Positions 58,483-64,000 of a DNA stretch of 64,000 bases are shown here, in pieces. Where the stretch lies: NCBI GenBank assembly GCA_964502565.1, contig CAZCXA010000002.1, positions 648-64,647 of the forward strand, given 5' to 3'. The stretch's first letter is position 1, and each line of letters opens with the position of its first letter. Source of the stretch: an uncultured Pseudomonadales bacterium. Lineage in GTDB: Bacteria; Patescibacteriota; Microgenomatia; UBA1400; PJMF01. Made by a program: the position numbers and the translations under genes. Under the pieces are notes generated by a model, which was given only the letters and a program-made list of their open reading frames with translations, was not told where the DNA came from and did not search any database.

Positions 58483-60555
58483 TTATTCTTCTGGCTCTTG
58501 ATAATCATCAATCGAGTGTTGACCATAAACCACAGCTTGTTGACTAATATCAGTGGCTTGAGCCACATTATCTCTATTGTCTTGTAAGCCAGTTGCTTCA
58601 TCTTTAAGCTGGTTGGGTTCATCATGTGATTGACGAGCATTACCTGTAGGCAACACTTGCTCAATCTCAGCTTCATCCTCTTCTTCATAATATGGTTGAG
58701 TATTGGTGTTGTTCGTGAGTTGATCAGTGTGATACTCGGCTTCTCTTGCCTTTTTTCTTGCCAACAACTCGTTGGGATCGGTGGTAATCATGTAGTGCTC
58801 CTCTGGACTTGCAACCACGCGTAGGGCAACATGGTTTTGTCCAACAAAAAAGATGCCCTCTCCCACGTCAGCCGTTACCAAAAGTTGTCGTTCTCCGTTG
58901 GAAAGGTGAAAGGTTTCGGTTAAGGTGTTGATTGAAACCGTGGACTGTTTCATCAACAGTCTAATTGATGCATTAGACACAATGGCTTTGCCAAAATTAT
59001 TGTCTAAAAAGTCCTCTACATCTTGAGTGATGGTGGTGATAGCTAAAAAATACTTTCTAGCTCTTTTAGTCATGGCATAAATAAAACGCGCGCTATCTGG
59101 GTGTTGCATAAAATACCAAGCCTCATCAATTACCAGCAACCGTTTTTTAAAATCTTTTTTAACCTTTGTCCAGATAAAATCTAGGATAATATACATCGCA
59201 ATCGGTCTTAACTCTTCTTCCATCTCTTTAACACTAAACACGGTCAAGGGATTTTGAATATTAATGTTGGTGGGTTTATCTAAAATACCTCTAAAAGAGC
59301 CGGTGATAAACTTTTCCAAGCGCGCGACCAAGTCATCGGCTTGATCATTTTCCATACCAGCTAGGGCTTTATAAAGATCCTCCATTAAAGGTGGAATGTT
59401 TTTTTGAGTAGCTGGATCAGGGGTAATACCCTTAGCCTTATAAGAAGAGACTAGCGCGCGGTCCAAAAGCGCCTCTTGCTCAGAAGTCATCTCGCCTAGC
59501 ATAACTTTTAACAAACCATGTAAAGATAAAATTTTTTGTCCGAGCTCATTAGATCCCTCCTCATAAACCTGCGATAGATCAAAAGGGTTAATCTTTGCTT
59601 TAGAGCCAAAGGTAAAGTTAATATACTCACCACCCACGGTATCACAAAGCTCCTCATACTCTTTTTCTGGATCAAGGACAATCACCTCGGTGTCAAACAT
59701 TAGCTGGCGTAAGATCTCCACCTTAACAGCATAGGACTTACCTGCTCCTGATTTTGCTAGGATTAGCATGTTGTAGTTCTCAAGCTGGAACCTATCAAAA
59801 ATAACCAAGGACTCGTTGTGTTCGTTAATGCCGTATAGGATTCCTTGCTCAGAAGTTAGCTCAGAGGAAACAAAAGGGAAGGTGGTAGCTAAAGAAGTGG
59901 TGTCCATGTTGCGGGCAATGTTCAAGTAGTCAACTCCCATGGGCAGGGTGGTTTTGAAACCGTCTGCCATTTGCAGGGTTGCTTTTTTTGAAACGATCAG
60001 TAGTGAGCCTAGGGTGGACTGCACATTTTTAGTAACCTTCTCCAGCATCTCAACAGAATCAGCCCTGATCGTGGTATAAAGACCAAATTGATAAAACCTT
60101 TCAGCCCCAGCTGCCAACTGCTCCCTGATGTTGCGAGCATCGATCAGTTGAATCTCGGTCGTAATGTTACTAATCTTGCCAGCCCTAATATCAGACTGGA
60201 TCTCAGCCTCCATCTCAGTAATTTTTCTTTTAAGACTGTCTAAGATCTCACCACTGTCCATGGGAAAGATAAACATGGCAGTGTTAAGCTGATGAGGAAA
60301 GTTGATCAACGGTGATAGCCAGTTAGCCGGTACTGACCTAGGATAACCAGCGATAAACAAGGTTCTTGAGTATGAGGAGTTGATCTTTTGAAAAGTGAAG
60401 TCAATCTCGATCGCTTCAGGGGCAATAATATCCTCAATGGTTACCAGACCTTTTGAAAACTCCTCGATTTGTCTTAACTCCTCTTTTTTCTTAAGGTCTT
60501 GTTCTTCTTCAGCAGTTGTTTTTTTTAAAAATGGAAAAGGTAGATCAAGCTTCAT
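58483..60555 (-). CDS. virB4: Type IV secretion system ATPase VirB4 (Gram-positive/Tn916 Orf16-like)
   Basis: ...RTLFIAGYPRSVPANWL..., ...TTLPMGVDYLNIARNMDTTSLATTFPFVSSEL..., Walker A LAKSGAGKS, Walker B LLVIDEAW. Acidic C-terminal tail. Confidence 0.75.
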   Translation of the reverse strand: MKLDLPFPFLKKTTAEEEQDLKKKEELRQIEEFSKGLVTIEDIIAPEAIEIDFTFQKINSSYSRTLFIAGYPRSVPANWLSPLINFPHQLNTAMFIFPMDSGEILDSLKRKITEMEAEIQSDIRAGKISNITTEIQLIDARNIREQLAAGAERFYQFGLYTTIRADSVEMLEKVTKNVQSTLGSLLIVSKKATLQMADGFKTTLPMGVDYLNIARNMDTTSLATTFPFVSSELTSEQGILYGINEHNESLVIFDRFQLENYNMLILAKSGAGKSYAVKVEILRQLMFDTEVIVLDPEKEYEELCDTVGGEYINFTFGSKAKINPFDLSQVYEEGSNELGQKILSLHGLLKVMLGEMTSEQEALLDRALVSSYKAKGITPDPATQKNIPPLMEDLYKALAGMENDQADDLVARLEKFITGSFRGILDKPTNINIQNPLTVFSVKEMEEELRPIAMYIILDFIWTKVKKDFKKRLLVIDEAWYFMQHPDSARFIYAMTKRARKYFLAITTITQDVEDFLDNNFGKAIVSNASIRLLMKQSTVSINTLTETFHLSNGERQLLVTADVGEGIFFVGQNHVALRVVASPEEHYMITTDPNELLARKKAREAEYHTDQLTNNTNTQPYYEEEDEAEIEQVLPTGNARQSHDEPNQLKDEATGLQDNRDNVAQATDISQQAVVYGQHSIDDYQEPEE

Positions 60556-60707
60556 TGTGGGTTAAAATTAGGTGTTAAAATCGATAGATTATAAAAAAAG
60601 TTTAAAAAAAGTAGTTTTAAAGTATTGTTCTTAATGATAAATTAAATAATCATTTTTAATAGTTGATAGTAGTTTTTTAAGACCATCTTTGGTAGCAACT
60701 AGACCCC

Positions 60708-62261
60708 CTACATTATTTCTGGGATAGGTGGTGGATTATCACCTTGTGTTTTAGCAACCTCATTGGGTTGTTTAACCTGACTACTATCTGTTAACTCATT
60801 TGGTTGAACTGATAATTGAGGCTCACTTGTAGTGGCTTGCGAGTTGTCTTTTGCTGGCGTTTCCACAGTTTGTGTATCTGTTTTTTTATCAGGCTCGGGT
60901 AGATTAAAAACCCCCACCTCTCGAAGCGTGTTGTTAACTGCCTGCTGGGGATTGGGGTGAGTCTGTGATTTTCTGGGTGTAGCATCTTGTTCTTGATCAG
61001 GTTTGGGTTGGGACTGGTTGGCTGATGTGTTATTACTAAAGTTTGCTTTGAGATTTGAGAAGTCCGGCACACCTTCTTGAAAGTCTTGAGGATGGTCGGT
61101 TGTGTCTACAGGGGTGATTAACTGTTGAAACTGTTCCTGTGCTTGTTCGGGAGTAGTTCTAGAAGGTTGATCATAAATAGACTGTTCTTGATTTGTGGTC
61201 GGGAATGATGGGGCCACACCAACTGTATTATTTGCTGAACTAGTGTCAAAGGCTTGATCAAGTTGGTTGGCTTGTTGTTCAAACTGCTGGTTAAGTTCTT
61301 GATCAAGTTGATGAAGCTGGTTATGGTCTGGCAGACTTTGCTGGCTAAGTTGGCCAGCCTGATCTGTGTGATCAAGCTGGGTTGGGTTTTCATATACTGA
61401 TTGGTCAAAATATTGAGTTGAGACTGGTTTGCCAAATTGATCAAACTGCTGGGTCTGTGTTGGTTGTGGTTGGTCTACGGTCATGCTTGGTTGTTCAGGT
61501 TGGTCAAACTGATCATTTAAAGACTGCGGTATCGGTTGGTCTGTAGGTAGGGCTTGATTTAAGGGGTTGTAATCATCTATTATGCTTGCCTTGACCACTG
61601 CTGTTTGATACTCCTCGGTGTTCGTGCCTTCAAAACCCTCGCTAGCCTCAGGATTATAGTTGGTGTAAAAGACCCGAATGATTTCTTGAGTAGTGAGTTG
61701 CCAGGACACCAAACCAATTCTTGCAAACTGACTAATTAGATGATCTCTTCTGGGCTCAAGAATCGCTTGAGCCTTATCAACCAGCACGGTTTTTTCATAC
61801 TTGGTTATGTCAAAAACATCTCTACCCGGAATCACGCTCTCGGCTGAAAGTAGCTCAAGCTCTAGGGGTGTGGCAGGAATGATCACAAAAAATTTTTTAT
61901 CTAACACGTTTCTTTCTTTAATAAGATTGGCAACAAACTCTCGATAGCGAGCAATCCTCTCTCCCTGCGGAGAATGAAAGGTTTCATTCTCTTTTTCTTT
62001 AAGCAGGTTAAGATATTTAGTAACGTCCTTGGTTTGTGATTGAATTATTATCTGGATGGGGTAGTTAAGGGAGTTGAGTAGGGCTGCATAGGTGTAGATG
62101 ACTGCATCTTGTTCATCCTCTGCCAACAAGCCAAAGTTCATGGCGCTGACCCCCAAGATTAAACTTGCGGTACCGTTTTTAAGCAGTATTAAATCATTGG
62201 TGATATCATAAATCTCTAAAAACTCTTGAGTAGCAGATTTGTATTTGGACTTTTCTAACAT
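60708..62261 (-). CDS. Hypothetical T4SS-associated protein: ~230-aa globular N-terminal domain plus ~280-aa Q/P/N-rich disordered C-terminus
   Basis: Immediately upstream of virB4 on the same strand. No motif recognised. The antisense ORFs in the track are low-complexity artefacts. Confidence 0.4.
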   Translation of the reverse strand: MLEKSKYKSATQEFLEIYDITNDLILLKNGTASLILGVSAMNFGLLAEDEQDAVIYTYAALLNSLNYPIQIIIQSQTKDVTKYLNLLKEKENETFHSPQGERIARYREFVANLIKERNVLDKKFFVIIPATPLELELLSAESVIPGRDVFDITKYEKTVLVDKAQAILEPRRDHLISQFARIGLVSWQLTTQEIIRVFYTNYNPEASEGFEGTNTEEYQTAVVKASIIDDYNPLNQALPTDQPIPQSLNDQFDQPEQPSMTVDQPQPTQTQQFDQFGKPVSTQYFDQSVYENPTQLDHTDQAGQLSQQSLPDHNQLHQLDQELNQQFEQQANQLDQAFDTSSANNTVGVAPSFPTTNQEQSIYDQPSRTTPEQAQEQFQQLITPVDTTDHPQDFQEGVPDFSNLKANFSNNTSANQSQPKPDQEQDATPRKSQTHPNPQQAVNNTLREVGVFNLPEPDKKTDTQTVETPAKDNSQATTSEPQLSVQPNELTDSSQVKQPNEVAKTQGDNPPPIPEIM

Positions 62262-62407
62262 AATAATACTCTGTATTGCGATGGTGATAACTTTATTAAG
62301 TATAAACCAGTTTTGATTGATTCACAATTTAAAAAGCTGTTTTAATGCTGGGGAGTTGATGATTGACGCGGTTTGCTAATCTAAGTTTTAGAAAGAGGTA
62401 TTTTGAT

Positions 62408-63308
62408 TTAATGACGATGTGATCTAGAGTGCTTTTGAAAAAAATCCTGGGAAATACTTGGCAAAGTTGCTCCTATAAAGATCATGATGCCTCCCAAAAT
62501 CGTGGCTAAGGACAGAGCTTCTTTTAAGATAAGCCAACCGAAAAAAGAACCGAACATTATTTGTAAAGGCATAATGATTGTTCCAAGCTGGGCCTCAACT
62601 TGTCGAAAACCATAGATTGAGAGGTTGACAGTCGCAACCGTGATAAGACTAAAGAGCATGATCCACAGCCAGGGTGAGCTTGGAACTAATTGAGGAAGAG
62701 GTTCTTTAAAGCAGAGACTTAACAACAAACAGATTACAAAACATACAAAAGCATCCACAAAAGCCAGCTGAAAACTGCTGTAAAAACTTGAAAACTTTTT
62801 GGAAAGTGTGTTCCACAGACCAGAAGCCAGTCCGGCCATTAATGCAAAAAGAACAAAAACCAGTTGATTGGTTTGAACGACGCAAGAGTAGATTAAATAA
62901 ATTGCAAAAAAGATTAAGACAAGAGAGATGAGTTTGATAAGATTGATTTTTTCTTTAAACAAGATCTTGCCTGACAAAAATCCGCTAACTATTGTGGCAG
63001 AATAAAGTAAAAAATAAACCGCGCTTATGGGGAGGTTGGCATAAGCAATAAATGAAAAAAAGGACAAATATTGGGCTCAACAAGCTCCAGGGGATGAGCC
63101 ACTTGAGATGTTTTTTTTGAATCTTTTTCCAATGTGTTTTTGAGGTGAGGATAAAAACACTCAGCAGGATGCAAACCAAAACTCCTCTAACCCAGCCTTG
63201 TGAAAAATCTCCAAATCCAGTTGCGATAAATCGTGAGCAGATGCCATATAAACCATAGAGCGCAGAGGAAGTTAAGATAGCAAAAAAGCCTTTAGTTTTT
63301 TTTGGCAA
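62408..63308 (-). pseudogene. EamA/DMT-family transporter disrupted by a frameshift (two overlapping ORFs, 63308-62985 and 63067-62408)
   Basis: Both ORFs have EamA-like TM repeats and overlap by 83 nt in different frames. An A7 homopolymer lies at about 63054-63061. Either a genuine pseudogene or a sequencing indel. Confidence 0.45.
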
Positions 63309-63399
63309 CCTTGATAGATAAGTTTAAGAGTTAAAAACTAGAAGTAAAAAACCGCTTTGTGATATATATTTGATTATGTTTTATTTACTGGTTTGAGTT

Positions 63400-63540
63400 T
63401 TTAGCTAATTAAATATTATTGCCACACTTTGCGTTGATAGTCCTTTTTGTTAACAACTCCTTTTTGCTAGCAACCTCTTTTAGTTAGTAACCTCTGTTTA
63501 TCAACAACCTCTTTTAGTTAGCAACTATCTCTACTGGGTC
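63400..63540. repeat. Degenerate tandem repeats (~15-17-bp units: gttaacaactccttttt / gctagcaacctctttta / gttagtaacctctgttt / atcaacaacctctttta / gttagcaactatctcta)
   Basis: Read directly. Lies between the 63514-63894 ORF and the EamA remnant. Confidence 0.55.
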
Positions 63541-63894
63541 AAGAATAACTCCAGTGAGTTCTATCTGTTGCGGATTAAACTCAAGGCCTTCTTTTTGAAC
63601 CTGAATAAAATATCTGCCATTATTTAATCCCTGGGAGATTTGAAATTGACCTAAAGCATTGCTTTTAACAGCAGTGATGGTTTGCATCTCACTGTTTTTA
63701 AGCTCAACCAGAGCATCGCCAATCAAGTTATTGTCTAGAGTTAAGATCATGCCCACGATCTTGTTGGGCTGGGTGGGTTTATTGGGAAATGGTAAATCTT
63801 GCCTTTGGCTAGCAACCTTTACGATGGTTGCGTTGTGTGGAGTTTGTGCAACCTGATTGTCTTGAGACTGGTCACTATCTTTTTCAACAGCCAC
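63514..63894 (-). CDS. Hypothetical protein, possibly the C-terminal part of a longer gene running off the window end
   Basis: 126-aa ORF. The reading frame stays open upstream toward position 64000. Confidence 0.3.
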   Translation of the reverse strand: MAVEKDSDQSQDNQVAQTPHNATIVKVASQRQDLPFPNKPTQPNKIVGMILTLDNNLIGDALVELKNSEMQTITAVKSNALGQFQISQGLNNGRYFIQVQKEGLEFNPQQIELTGVILDPVEIVAN

Positions 63895-64000
63895 TTGTTG
63901 AGAGTTTAAAAAATCATCTTGAAGAAGATCTGTTGGTTGGTTGATATTATCTAATGTTTTTTTATCAGCGATTTCTTGTTGATAAACTAGAAAAGAATCT

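Noticed and set aside
58443-58688. ORFs 58443-58688 and 58630-58824 at the virB4 3' end
   Set aside because: They overlap the strongly supported VirB4 CDS in other frames and have no features of their own.
60791-61444. ORFs 60791-61072 and 61118-61444 antisense within the Q-rich gene
   Set aside because: Low-complexity antisense frames of CAA/CAG-rich coding sequence.

Overview
Low-GC (~35-38%) bacterial chromosomal window with the gene content and rRNA oddities typical of an ultra-small Candidate Phyla Radiation (Patescibacteria/Saccharibacteria-like) genome. Main contents: (1) pilN/pilO-like genes, murJ, rpsT and lepA. (2) A minus-strand tRNA-Ala(UGC)-23S-5S rRNA unit with no adjacent 16S. 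The 23S carries two AT-rich ORF-less insertions at the classical 1931 and 2593 group-I-intron sites. (3) rpsA (with a Lys-rich N-terminal extension), pgk and a Pro/Thr-repeat surface protein. (4) tRNA-Ile(UAU), then a B12-binding radical SAM gene containing a perfect 150-bp in-frame tandem duplication, an NDT/TIR-like small protein and a MacAB-like HlyD/ABC/FtsX exporter. (5) An ArsR/thioredoxin-like/CxxC-membrane operon next to a VirD4/TraG-like coupling ATPase. (6) nagZ-like GH3, pth, GT2, an ATP-dependent DNA ligase, a Fic protein, nnrD and recF. (7) A tandem array of seven divergent paralogs of a small signal-peptide + two-TM protein with a conserved W-x-x-G-G-D-x-G-K-x-E-K-A-R loop (VirB2/TrbC-like T4SS pilin candidates), followed by valS. 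(8) The origin-proximal backbone rplY, a 1040-aa DUF4012-like membrane protein, rnhA, jag, yidC, yidD, rnpA, rpmH, dnaN and dnaA with DnaA-box-like palindromes. (9) A Tn916-Orf16-type VirB4 ATPase, a Q-rich partner protein and a frameshifted EamA transporter. The most interesting feature is the dispersed chromosomal T4SS-like module (seven-gene pilin-like array + VirB4 + coupling-protein-like ATPase) flanking the origin. All coordinates are read by eye and approximate within a few nt for RNA features.
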